Positions 17,985-27,191 of a DNA stretch of 32,000 nt are shown here, one piece after another. Each line of letters opens with the position of its first letter. The first letter of the stretch is position 1. The DNA comes from Promethearchaeum syntrophicum. GTDB taxonomy: Archaea > Asgardarchaeota > Lokiarchaeia > Sigyniarchaeales > Promethearchaeaceae. The DNA is taken from contig NZ_CP042905.2 in assembly GCF_008000775.2 (NCBI RefSeq), positions 1,230,001-1,262,000 of the forward strand, in the 5' to 3' direction. The notes beneath the pieces are model-generated. The model worked only from the letters and a program-made list of their open reading frames with translations, did no database searches and was not told where the DNA came from. Both the position numbers and the translations under genes were made by a program.

Positions 17985-19481
17985 TTACAAACGTTCTTCT
18001 CGTTTTTTAGCATGCATTAAATCCAGTTTAACCTTCATTTCTGTAATTTTTTTTCCATTTAGAGGATACCAAATCCAAGCAATGGCCCCAATTAGTGCCA
18101 ATACTGCGGGAAGTAAGAATACACCAGTCGCAACTCCAATTATTGCATTTCCTGTTCCTTGGGATGCATATGTTGGTTCTGCTATGGGATTGTCAGGTTC
18201 TGTAGGTATAAGACCGTAGATTGCTAAAAATAACGGAAGAAGAGAAAACACTACTGATTCCATCACTTTACCAAACAAACACGCCACACCGGCATAAACT
18301 GCTTCCCTTCGTTCACCTGTTTTAAGTTCATCGTAATCTATCGTATCTGCTCGCATAACTTGATGGAAGATAAAATCACCAGTAAATCCAAGGAATAAAA
18401 TGGATAAACCCACAGAAACCCAGATAAGATTGCTTGGTGCTAGCCATATCGCTCCATCGGAGAGATTCTTGCTAGTAATGATCGCAATGTACGCAATAAA
18501 TCCTCCAATAGCTTCGGTCCAAAGAGAATAACTTAATGCGGCTTTCACAGACAAACGTTTACCGATTTGAATTTGGATCGGAATCCCAATAAAAGCAAAA
18601 ACAGCAGGAATGAGAAAATATATCATATAATCTTCACCGGTTGTATTTAGATCAAAGCCTCCGAATACCCATGATAACATGAAAAACAAACCACTGATGA
18701 GAGCATTTAACACTCCAACACTTATTCCATCATAAATCATATAAAATATACCAGATTTATTTGTGAAAACATGCTTTATTCCAGTCCAAAAAGGTGTGGA
18801 TTCCTTTGGAATTAATTCTTTCTTTTCTTTCACGACTTTTGCAATCCAAAACCATGGGAAAATGGAGATAATTGCAAATACAGCAACACATATCTGAAAT
18901 GTTCGGATTGATTCTTCAGTTGGATCGGTAAGGAAAATTAACGGAAATGCCATGGAAATTCCCCATCCTAACAAGCTAAAGACGGAAGAAATTCCATTTA
19001 ATTGCACTCGTTCTTTCTGATCGAATGTCATCTGAGGTGCTAAGGCAGTGTATCCAATATACATGATCGTATAAAACGTGTCATAAATCCATTGAGAAAC
19101 TAAATACCATGTCAGAAGAGCAATTTGATAGGCTTCACCCGATGTTTGATATCGCCATGTTTGAGGAGGGAAAAACAAAAATATAAACCCGATTGAAAAG
19201 GGAATTGCACTCCGTTTCATCCATGGTATTAATCTTCCCTGTTTTGAGCGGGTTTTGTCCATTGCATAACCAAAGATTGGATCGTTAGCTACATTCCAGA
19301 TCATGTATAAAACTTGCCCAAGGACAATATATGGTGCTGAAAGACCCATCCAACCGTAATAAAAAACAGTAAGTGCTCCGGTGAAGGATGAGAAAAACCC
19401 TGCAGGGAGATTTCCAGCAGAATATGCCAATTTTTGATTCCATGTTAATTTAACATGTTCACCATCAGTATTTATTGCCAT
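17985..19481 (-). CDS. GPH/MelB-family MFS transporter
   Basis: 498 aa, KLAYSAGNLPAGFFSS...MIWNVANDPIFGYAMDKTRSKQGRLIPWMKRSAIP signature, 12 TM pattern. Confidence 0.9.
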   Translation of the reverse strand: MAINTDGEHVKLTWNQKLAYSAGNLPAGFFSSFTGALTVFYYGWMGLSAPYIVLGQVLYMIWNVANDPIFGYAMDKTRSKQGRLIPWMKRSAIPFSIGFIFLFFPPQTWRYQTSGEAYQIALLTWYLVSQWIYDTFYTIMYIGYTALAPQMTFDQKERVQLNGISSVFSLLGWGISMAFPLIFLTDPTEESIRTFQICVAVFAIISIFPWFWIAKVVKEKKELIPKESTPFWTGIKHVFTNKSGIFYMIYDGISVGVLNALISGLFFMLSWVFGGFDLNTTGEDYMIYFLIPAVFAFIGIPIQIQIGKRLSVKAALSYSLWTEAIGGFIAYIAIITSKNLSDGAIWLAPSNLIWVSVGLSILFLGFTGDFIFHQVMRADTIDYDELKTGERREAVYAGVACLFGKVMESVVFSLLPLFLAIYGLIPTEPDNPIAEPTYASQGTGNAIIGVATGVFLLPAVLALIGAIAWIWYPLNGKKITEMKVKLDLMHAKKREERL

Positions 19482-19670
19482 ATTTGTACTTATCTTTTTT
19501 TCTTTATTAGTTTTCTATTGTTTTCATATTTTTAATTCCCACGTTTTTGGAGAATACTCACATTTTGGCTTTATTTCTTTCTTTTCATAATTTGATGTTG
19601 AATCACATATCTTTAAAGTATCTACAATATTGAAAAATGATTTAAATGGTTTACATGATATTTGCTATTT

Positions 19671-20063
19671 ATGGCTAATTTAAACTCTGTTGAAGACTGG
19701 AAAAAAAACCGAGAGGATGTCAATGTTGGAATCATGAATAAAGGAAATCGCAATATTAAGCGTTTTTTTAATCTTGATACCGCCGCTTACATAGATGGGG
19801 CTCTTCCCGCAAAAACTAAAGAATTACTTGGTTTATCTGCATCAATGGTGTTGCGGTGTGATGATTGCATTACGTATCATATAATACAAGCAGTACTGGC
19901 GGGGGCGACTGACGAAGAATTATATGAAACATTTAATGTAGCTTTAATCGTTGGAGGATCGATTGTGATTCCACATCTACGACGTGCAGCGTCTCGCTTA
20001 GAAGAATGTAGAGAATTGGAGAAAAAAGATCCAAAACTTCTCTCATTGGAGAAGTCTGATTAA
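19671..20063 (+). CDS. Carboxymuconolactone decarboxylase/AhpD-like protein
   Basis: LPAKTKELLGLSASMVLRCDDCITYHIIQAVLAGATDEELYETFNVALIVGG: AhpD-like CxxC-x3-H motif. Start at MANLNS preferred over track start 19662. Confidence 0.85.
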   Translation: MANLNSVEDWKKNREDVNVGIMNKGNRNIKRFFNLDTAAYIDGALPAKTKELLGLSASMVLRCDDCITYHIIQAVLAGATDEELYETFNVALIVGGSIVIPHLRRAASRLEECRELEKKDPKLLSLEKSD

Positions 20064-20875
20064 TCAGATCTGGACAAAATTTCAATTTTCCATTTTTTTG
20101 GAGAAAATTTACGTTTTGGTTTTGTTCCCATTTGTTCATAAATCGGTTTAATCCAATAATTTTCAATATGCATGTTTGGAAAGAGTTTTCTTTTTATTCT
20201 CACATATGCTTCCCACATTAGAAACCGATGAAATGGGACATATCTTCCTAATGGTCTACATTTTCCTTTTTTGAGCGCTGCTACTAAATCATCTGGATCT
20301 TTACTATTAATTTCAACTTGGGTATATGCAAATCCAAATTGACTGACATGATGTGCATCGCTCCCCGCAATTTTTCCTTTTTGATAATCATTGAATTGTT
20401 CCCATGTGATCTTATTTAGACCATAGTTTGATCCGTTCAACCATTCGACACCATCTACATCCAAACGATCCACTATTGCCCGAGTCCAATAACCTTGCCA
20501 TGGATTTATTCCAGGGTGAGAAACAAAAATCGCGCAATCTTGAGCCCGTAATCGTTCAATAACTACTTCCGGATCCCAGCAATCCTTAGCAAGATTCCAT
20601 TCTTGAACTCCGTATGCTAATAAATGGTTAAAACCTGTAGAAACCTCCATAGCAGGAATTACAGGCAAATTGTATTCTTTTGCAATTTTCTTTATTCTAT
20701 GAATTCCCCGTATAGTATCATGGGCCATAGCATTTACCCAATTAAATCGTCGTTTAATTGTATATCGAATTAAATCCTTTGGGTTTATTCGACCATCATG
20801 AAAATCAAAATATGTATGAATATGAGCATCAAAGATTGCTCCAAATTTATCTACTGCGTATATTTTATTATTCAA
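20060..20875 (-). CDS. PHP-domain metal-dependent phosphoesterase
   Basis: FDAHIHTYFDFHDG, AMAHDT, IPAMEVST, FVSHPG, AGSDAHHVSQFG metal-ligand motifs. Tail overlaps the convergent AhpD-like gene by 4 bp. Confidence 0.87.
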   Translation of the reverse strand: MNNKIYAVDKFGAIFDAHIHTYFDFHDGRINPKDLIRYTIKRRFNWVNAMAHDTIRGIHRIKKIAKEYNLPVIPAMEVSTGFNHLLAYGVQEWNLAKDCWDPEVVIERLRAQDCAIFVSHPGINPWQGYWTRAIVDRLDVDGVEWLNGSNYGLNKITWEQFNDYQKGKIAGSDAHHVSQFGFAYTQVEINSKDPDDLVAALKKGKCRPLGRYVPFHRFLMWEAYVRIKRKLFPNMHIENYWIKPIYEQMGTKPKRKFSPKKWKIEILSRSD

Positions 20876-21026
20876 ATTATCACCATTGCCGGGACACCAT
20901 TAAATTATGACCAGAATTTATTAATAATTTCTAATTTTCTGCTTTTATTTAGATTTATGAATAAATAAATTGAATGATCAAATCCTTTTATTGAATAATT
21001 CCTTAATTTTTTAATTGGAAAAGAAA

Positions 21027-21785
21027 ATGTCAAAACAAAAATCTTCCCTTGAACACAGAATTAATACCGCTGCTAAATGGATTGCCCAATCTAAATATTT
21101 GGTTTTCTTTACAGGAGCTGGTATTAGTACAGATTCCGGGATTCCAGATTATAGAGGACCTAATGGAGTTTGGACTAGAAGGGATAAAGGATTACCACCT
21201 CCTAGAATGGAAAAAAAAATTTCTCAAATGGAACCTAATGATGGGCATAGAATTATAAAAGAATTACAAGATATGGGATTATTGAAATTTTTAATATCTC
21301 AGAATATCGATAATCTTCATTTAAAATCGGGTATTCATATGAAAAATATAGCTGAATTACATGGCAATAGAATGTTAATGCGATGCTTAAATTGTCATAA
21401 ACAATTTCCTAAGAAAGGATTCTGGAATGTAGATAAGTGGGGAGATCCTTCCCGAAAATCACCCGTCCATCCAAATCAACCAAAATGTCCTGAATGTAAT
21501 GGTAGAATTATTAATTCGGTCGTAAATTTCGGAGATCCAATGCCAAGAAATGAATTAGAAACAAGTTTTTATCATTCAAGTCTTTCTGATGTATTTGTGG
21601 TAGTTGGATCTTCACTTGTGGTCACCCCCGCAGCCTTACTACCAAAAGAAGCAACAAATCATGGTTCAAAATTAATTATCATAAATCAAATGGAAACCCC
21701 TTATGATAATATAACAGATTTGCGGTTCTTTGAAAATGCAAGTGAAATTTTGAAGGAAATCTTAAAAAAAATTAAAAAATTTTGA
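21027..21785 (+). CDS. Sir2-family NAD-dependent protein deacylase (SIRT6/7-like flavour)
   Basis: FFTGAGISTDSGIPDYRGPNGVWTRRDKG, LISQNIDNLHLKSG, AELHGNRMLMRC, CxxC pairs, VNFGDPMP, VVGSSLVVTPAALLP. ATG at 21027 (track start at 21015 is TTG). Confidence 0.95.
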   Translation: MSKQKSSLEHRINTAAKWIAQSKYLVFFTGAGISTDSGIPDYRGPNGVWTRRDKGLPPPRMEKKISQMEPNDGHRIIKELQDMGLLKFLISQNIDNLHLKSGIHMKNIAELHGNRMLMRCLNCHKQFPKKGFWNVDKWGDPSRKSPVHPNQPKCPECNGRIINSVVNFGDPMPRNELETSFYHSSLSDVFVVVGSSLVVTPAALLPKEATNHGSKLIIINQMETPYDNITDLRFFENASEILKEILKKIKKF

Positions 21786-21849
21786 GACAGAATAACTTTT
21801 ATTTCAAAGTGAAAACATTTTTTTATTCTTAAGCTGAGAAAAAAATACT

Positions 21850-23241
21850 ATGGAAGAAAAAAAACCTTCTACCTTTTCTATTCGGTTTAAAATGCTTTGG
21901 GGAATTGGAAGTCTTGGAACCAATATTATTTCGAATAGCTACGCTGCTTTATTAATAATCTTCTTTCAAGATTATTTGGGATTATCGTCTGAATTAATGG
22001 CGCTTTCTGCTTTGATATATGCAATATGGAACGCTTTTAATGATCCTCTATTCGGTTTTTTATCGGATAGTTCAAAATCAAAGAAAGGCAGAAGGATACC
22101 CTTTATGAAATTTTCTGCTCCATTTCTAGGATTGTTTTTTATAGGGATTTGGCTAGTTCCTACAACTTGGAGCCCAAATGCGTTATTCTGGTGGATGCTT
22201 GCTGGAATGTTTCTTTATGATACTGCGTATACCATTATTGGCTTAGTATATTCCGCGTTATTGCCCGAATTAACAGAAAGTGATTCAGAAAGGGGCTCTC
22301 TACAAACATATTCTTCAATATTTGCTTTACTTGGGAGCATTATTGGTTTTCTGGTTCCCGATTTTCTCCGTCCTGGAGTAGGAGAAACAAATTTACTTCC
22401 ACTATATCTTGGAGTCGGCGCCATTGGTATTGCAGGTACTGCATTTATTTTGATTACAAGTTTTTCAGTGAAAGAACGTCCTGAATTTACCCAAGTAGAT
22501 GAGCCTTTAGGACTAGTAGATTCTATCAGATTTACCTTCAAGAGTAAATCTTTCATTGTGCTTGTGGCGGCTAATTTTATGTCGATTTTAATGCAATCAC
22601 TTGTTTTAGGTTCGATGTTTTACTTGTCTGATTATGTTCTTAAAATAAGTTCATCTATGATGTTATTAATCCCATTTTTTGTGGGAATTATAATAGGAAC
22701 TCTGATTGCAAATTTAATTGCTAAAAAAATCGGAGTTGTAAGAGCACAACAGTTACTACTCCTAATTGCTGGAATTTTTCTATGTTCAATCTTCTTTATT
22801 CCAAATCAGATGATATATGTGGCTATGTTTATTGCAGGTTTTGGATTATCGGGACCACTAGTATTAACAAACATAATGTTCGCGCAAGTTGCTGATGAAG
22901 ATGAAATTCGCTCTGGTGTTCGGCGTGAAGCTATGTTCTTTGGAACAAATGCTTTAATAACCAAACCAGCTCAATCAATAGCAATTGCAATTGTTCCATG
23001 GATTTTAGGACTAACTAGTTTTATTTCCAGGGCAGAAAACGGCGGTGAAATATTTCTTAATCAAGGAGAGGATGCGTTAAGGGGAATTAAAATTTTCACG
23101 GGTTTGATTCCTGGAATTGCAATGTTATTAGGGGCTTTGATACTCTTTGCATATCCTTTGCATGGGGATTATCTCCAAGAAGTTCAAGATAAAGTATTGG
23201 AAATGCATGCTGAAAAGAAAAATAAACTTAAATCAACATAA
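21850..23241 (+). CDS. GPH/MelB-family MFS transporter
   Basis: 463 aa: MLWGIGSLGTNIISNSYAALLIIFFQDYLGLSSELMALSALIYAIWNAFNDPLFGFLSDSSKSKKGRRIPFMKFSAP. Confidence 0.9.
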   Translation: MEEKKPSTFSIRFKMLWGIGSLGTNIISNSYAALLIIFFQDYLGLSSELMALSALIYAIWNAFNDPLFGFLSDSSKSKKGRRIPFMKFSAPFLGLFFIGIWLVPTTWSPNALFWWMLAGMFLYDTAYTIIGLVYSALLPELTESDSERGSLQTYSSIFALLGSIIGFLVPDFLRPGVGETNLLPLYLGVGAIGIAGTAFILITSFSVKERPEFTQVDEPLGLVDSIRFTFKSKSFIVLVAANFMSILMQSLVLGSMFYLSDYVLKISSSMMLLIPFFVGIIIGTLIANLIAKKIGVVRAQQLLLLIAGIFLCSIFFIPNQMIYVAMFIAGFGLSGPLVLTNIMFAQVADEDEIRSGVRREAMFFGTNALITKPAQSIAIAIVPWILGLTSFISRAENGGEIFLNQGEDALRGIKIFTGLIPGIAMLLGALILFAYPLHGDYLQEVQDKVLEMHAEKKNKLKST

Positions 23242-23819
23242 CAGCGATGGTTCTCCTATGGAGAAGATGACCACTGACTGATGGAAATTTAGTCTTTTTT
23301 TCACTTTTACTTTGAAAGCTGATTATGAACAACTGATTTAAAGATATATCCCTTGTTTCGGAGCAGACCCCTTCACTTCGGGGTAGTTATGGGATTTAAT
23401 ATATAGAGGGGGATTATTAAGATAATATGATGGTATTGGTGTATTTATGGACAAATTGGAGATTATTTGAGTGAATAAAATTCAGGAAAATTCACTATCC
23501 TTAGTGAAAAATGATTTTTGGCTTAGAACCACCAACTTTTAACTACTTCTGGCTAAAGTTTTTTTTCCACAATTTCGAGCTAATTATCAATAATTAAGAT
23601 TAGGCAACAATAATTAAAATAAAATCACCTCATATATCGGAAAAGATAAAATTTATTCGCTAATTGATCAAATTGTGAATAATAAAGAAATCCAAGAGAT
23701 TAAGAGTAAGATTTTGAAGGAATAAAACAACAATTCTTTTTTGAAATTTGATAAATAATTTTTCAGTAATTGTACAAAAAGGAACCTTTTTAAAGATCAA
23801 GATTAAAATTATTATTGAA

Positions 23820-24575
23820 ATGACAACAATAAGAACAAGAACATATACATACAGATGTAATTGTGGACAATCTGGAAAAATATCCAAATCTAATCGAAAT
23901 TTTGGGAGCCTTGACCTAGAACCATCTGATATTCCAAGATGCATTAATTGTAAAGCAGTTGTCTGCAGTAGTTGCTTAGGGGGGAAATCCGGATTATGCA
24001 AACGTTGTTTTGCACAAATCCCTCCCCAATTAAAAGAGTCTTTAGAGAGAATTCAGATCCTTAGCACAATTATTCCATGTTTTTCTTCATTTCTTATTTT
24101 TTTAATTGCTACACTTATACTACCTCAGGCTTTCGGTTTTTTTATAATTGGTGGTATATTCTTAACCGGGATACTTTTATCTGCAAGTGATTCGAATGCA
24201 AAATCAAAAAGACAAAAGAAAATCGAAGCATATTTTTTAAATCAGCGATCCAGATTTAAATCCGGTTTTGTAAATTCTAATGCATACAATGTATCAGGAA
24301 AAAGAATTGAAAATCCAAGGGATTTTATGAATGCATTAAGTGGTGAGGGCTTTTCAATAAACTTAGGTCCAGTTAAACAACAAATGAAACCTCAATTGAG
24401 AGAATCGATACTTAAAATAAGTAGAGAACAAAAGAATAAATCTATGACGATATACGAAATCGCAAAACAGTCTGGAGTGATATTTCCCGATGTCATACGG
24501 AGTACATTACATAAAATGATAAATAATAATAACATTAAAGCAGATTTCGATGAGATTAATATAACATTTCATTAA
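23820..24575 (+). CDS. Membrane protein with Cys-rich (RING/treble-clef-like) N-terminus, two TM segments and possible C-terminal winged helix
   Basis: CNC...CINCKAVVCSSCLGGKSGLCKRC, then two hydrophobic segments, then ILKISREQKNKSMTIYEIAKQSGVIFPDVIRSTLHKMINNNNI. Start set at MTTIRTRTYT rather than track start 23748. Confidence 0.75.
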   Translation: MTTIRTRTYTYRCNCGQSGKISKSNRNFGSLDLEPSDIPRCINCKAVVCSSCLGGKSGLCKRCFAQIPPQLKESLERIQILSTIIPCFSSFLIFLIATLILPQAFGFFIIGGIFLTGILLSASDSNAKSKRQKKIEAYFLNQRSRFKSGFVNSNAYNVSGKRIENPRDFMNALSGEGFSINLGPVKQQMKPQLRESILKISREQKNKSMTIYEIAKQSGVIFPDVIRSTLHKMINNNNIKADFDEINITFH

Positions 24576-24628
24576 TGTTGAGAATTCTACTTAAATATTT
24601 AAAAAAAATCATAATTCTCTAATTGTGT

Positions 24629-25282
24629 TTATGTGTTTAGAATGATTATAGCTACTACAATCGCCACAACTAGTACAACACAAGTAGCCACGCAGTATAT
24701 AGTAATTAATGCTTGTTGGCTCTTAGGAGTATATGGGGTTACACTTTCTGCTTGAATACCTATAGGAATTTGTGTATTCTCGGCTAAGAATTTATTCAAA
24801 TTTTGGGCAAATTCTGTAGAATTCTCATTATCCAAAAAATTGGTCAGATGTTTTGGTCTTCTAGATTGAAAACATAAAGAAAGAAGTTGGTTTTGCGTGA
24901 CTCCATGCATAGAACCTTTTTTATTCGCATAGACATTATGGACTTCAAATCCTTTTATATCATTGAGTGGATAAGATTTAGTAAAAGTAAAATAATTTCC
25001 CCATTGGGATTCAAGAATTAATGCTCCATTTTGTTCATCAACTTTAAAAACTAAAGCCAAATCTCTTCTTAAAAAACCGAATACTACAGGTAAGATAACT
25101 ATCGATCCATTAAAAACATGTAATACAATATAACCATTGATACTAACAGGATCTGAAAAATCACCTTTCAGTATAGTTAGTACTATCATCATTATCCAAA
25201 CTAAACTCATTATCGCAGAAAATTGATATGAGCCTTTGGTGTTAGTCTGTTTAGGTAATATAAATTCTGGTTTCGATTCCAT
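24629..25282 (-). CDS. Hypothetical membrane protein
   Basis: 217 aa: two N-terminal TM segments, soluble mid domain, one C-terminal TM (ALITIYCVATCVVLVVAIVVAIIIL). No recognised family. Confidence 0.65.
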   Translation of the reverse strand: MESKPEFILPKQTNTKGSYQFSAIMSLVWIMMIVLTILKGDFSDPVSINGYIVLHVFNGSIVILPVVFGFLRRDLALVFKVDEQNGALILESQWGNYFTFTKSYPLNDIKGFEVHNVYANKKGSMHGVTQNQLLSLCFQSRRPKHLTNFLDNENSTEFAQNLNKFLAENTQIPIGIQAESVTPYTPKSQQALITIYCVATCVVLVVAIVVAIIILNT

Positions 25283-25557
25283 GACAATTTTATAGATCTA
25301 CTTCCTAATAAATTAATCTCCGACAAATAATTGATTAAGAAAATAATAAGAGAATTTGTACCATAAACATTCGATTTTAATATGCGTTTCGAACGTAAAT
25401 ATTTAAATGTTTTATTTTCATATATTATCGTATAGTTTTAATATGTTATACAAATACTTTGTCACAAGAATATAATTAATAAATATAGGAAAATTGAAAG
25501 TTACCTTTCAAAATTCAAAATCAATACCTATATAAAAGAAAAAATGATGAGAATCTT

Positions 25558-26541
25558 ATGGGAATAAGAAAAAATGAAAATATTAAGATATTATTATTTC
25601 TTCCCTGTTACAATGAAGCGGAAAATTGTGTTCGAGTACTAAATGAACTACACATACAAAAAACTATTCTTGAAAAAAATTTTTTAATCGATTTCGACAT
25701 TTTAATTATCAATGACGGCTCCACGGATGATACCGCTTTAATTCTCTCACGAAACCATCATATATTAGATTATTCCGTAATAAATTTGGTAGAAAATAAG
25801 GGATATGGATTTGCACTAAAAACTGGTTTTAAATTTGCTCAAGAAAATAACTATGATTGGGCTATTTCATTTGATATTGATGGTCAACATGAATCAAAAT
25901 TTATTTATGATTTTATTGAATTCATTATAAATGGCAATTCTAATTTTGATATTCTATCCGGTACTCGGTATAAAGACCCTCACCTATTTTGGCAAAATCC
26001 TTGGAAGGATAGATTTTTAGTAAATGCAGTTATAACTGGTGTTTTGAATAATTTTGGTTTTTCTTTAACAGATGCATTTTGTGGATTTAAAGCGTATAGG
26101 GTTGATAAGCTCGAATGCCTAAAAATTTCAATCGATGGTTATGAAATGGCAATTGAACTACTCATGGAAGCCAACAAAAATAATTTTCATATCGTTGAAA
26201 TTCCCGTCCCAGTTATTTATAAAGATCATGATACAATTCTCAAAAAACGCACCAATGAAAGTTTCCTCTTTACGGAAGGCGAAAAAAGAGTAGAAAAATA
26301 TCTCAAAATAATATCAAAATATGTAGGCCATCGCTTAATTCACGAGATCAAATATTTCCAAGGGATCTTCAGTACATTTTTTAATTCATATGAAGATATT
26401 TCAAAATTTAATTTTGAAGAAATAAAAGAGAAAATTATTGAGGAGATATCTACCTTACATCTTACAGAACTTACAAAAATTCAGTGCAATCATGATGACT
26501 CTAAAACTCGATGTACTTGCTGTGGGTGCACATCCCGATGA
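25558..26541 (+). CDS. Family 2 glycosyltransferase (dolichyl-phosphate-sugar synthase-like)
   Basis: ILLFLPCYNEAENCVRVLNELH, IINDGSTDDTALIL, DYSVINLVENKGYGFALKTGFKFA, AISFDIDGQHE, LTDAFCGFKAYR. Confidence 0.9.
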   Translation: MGIRKNENIKILLFLPCYNEAENCVRVLNELHIQKTILEKNFLIDFDILIINDGSTDDTALILSRNHHILDYSVINLVENKGYGFALKTGFKFAQENNYDWAISFDIDGQHESKFIYDFIEFIINGNSNFDILSGTRYKDPHLFWQNPWKDRFLVNAVITGVLNNFGFSLTDAFCGFKAYRVDKLECLKISIDGYEMAIELLMEANKNNFHIVEIPVPVIYKDHDTILKKRTNESFLFTEGEKRVEKYLKIISKYVGHRLIHEIKYFQGIFSTFFNSYEDISKFNFEEIKEKIIEEISTLHLTELTKIQCNHDDSKTRCTCCGCTSR

Positions 26542-27184
26542 TATTGAAATTGGCTGTGGTGGAATATTAGCCCATTATAAGAAGATGGGAAAAACAACAG
26601 GAATTTTAGATCTTACGAATGGTATGCCCACCCCTTATGGAACCGTAGAACAACGTTTAGCGGAAGCTAAGAATGCAGCTGAGATTCTAAAAGTTGATGT
26701 AAGGGTCACTTTAAACATGGAAAATCGTTATCTTGAGAATTCTATTAAGAATCGGAAAGAGATCGGTGATATGTTTAGGAAATTTCGACCAAAAGTCATT
26801 CTCACACATCCAATTGAAGATTTTCATCCTGATCATGTTGCGTGTCATCACTTAGTAAATGCCGCAATATTTCAAGCTAAATTGACAAAAACTGAATCAA
26901 AATTTCCTGAATACTACCCGCCAAGAGTCCTCTATTTTGATCACTCACATATTAGAAAACAGCGTGAATTAGATTTTCTCGTTGACATCACCGATTCTTT
27001 AGAAGATAAAATTAGCGCTTTAGAAGCTTATCGGTCTCAATTTATTGAGAATAAGAAGAATTCAATTGTTTTTAGCTATGTTAGAGACAGAGCCAGTTAT
27101 TTAGGTCATCAAATAGGAGTAAAATATGCTGAAGGGTTAATGTGTCCGAATTATTTTCAAATTAATGACATAACAAAAATTTAG
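26492..27184 (+). CDS. PIG-L family deacetylase (BshB1/MshB-like)
   Basis: DVLAVGAHPDDIEIGCGGILAHYKKMGKTTGILDLTNG...GTVEQRLAEAKNAAEILKV, THPIEDFHPDH. Start at MMTLKLDVLAVG preferred (or 26495), overlapping the upstream GT2 gene. Confidence 0.9.
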   Translation: MMTLKLDVLAVGAHPDDIEIGCGGILAHYKKMGKTTGILDLTNGMPTPYGTVEQRLAEAKNAAEILKVDVRVTLNMENRYLENSIKNRKEIGDMFRKFRPKVILTHPIEDFHPDHVACHHLVNAAIFQAKLTKTESKFPEYYPPRVLYFDHSHIRKQRELDFLVDITDSLEDKISALEAYRSQFIENKKNSIVFSYVRDRASYLGHQIGVKYAEGLMCPNYFQINDITKI

Positions 27185-27191
27185 TACTGGT

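Noticed and set aside
23619-23725. Short plus-strand peptide SYIGKDKIYSLIDQIVNNKEIQEIKSKILKE
   Set aside because: Plausible composition but no start codon, only ~35 codons after an in-frame stop; may be chance or a gene remnant, so not called a feature.
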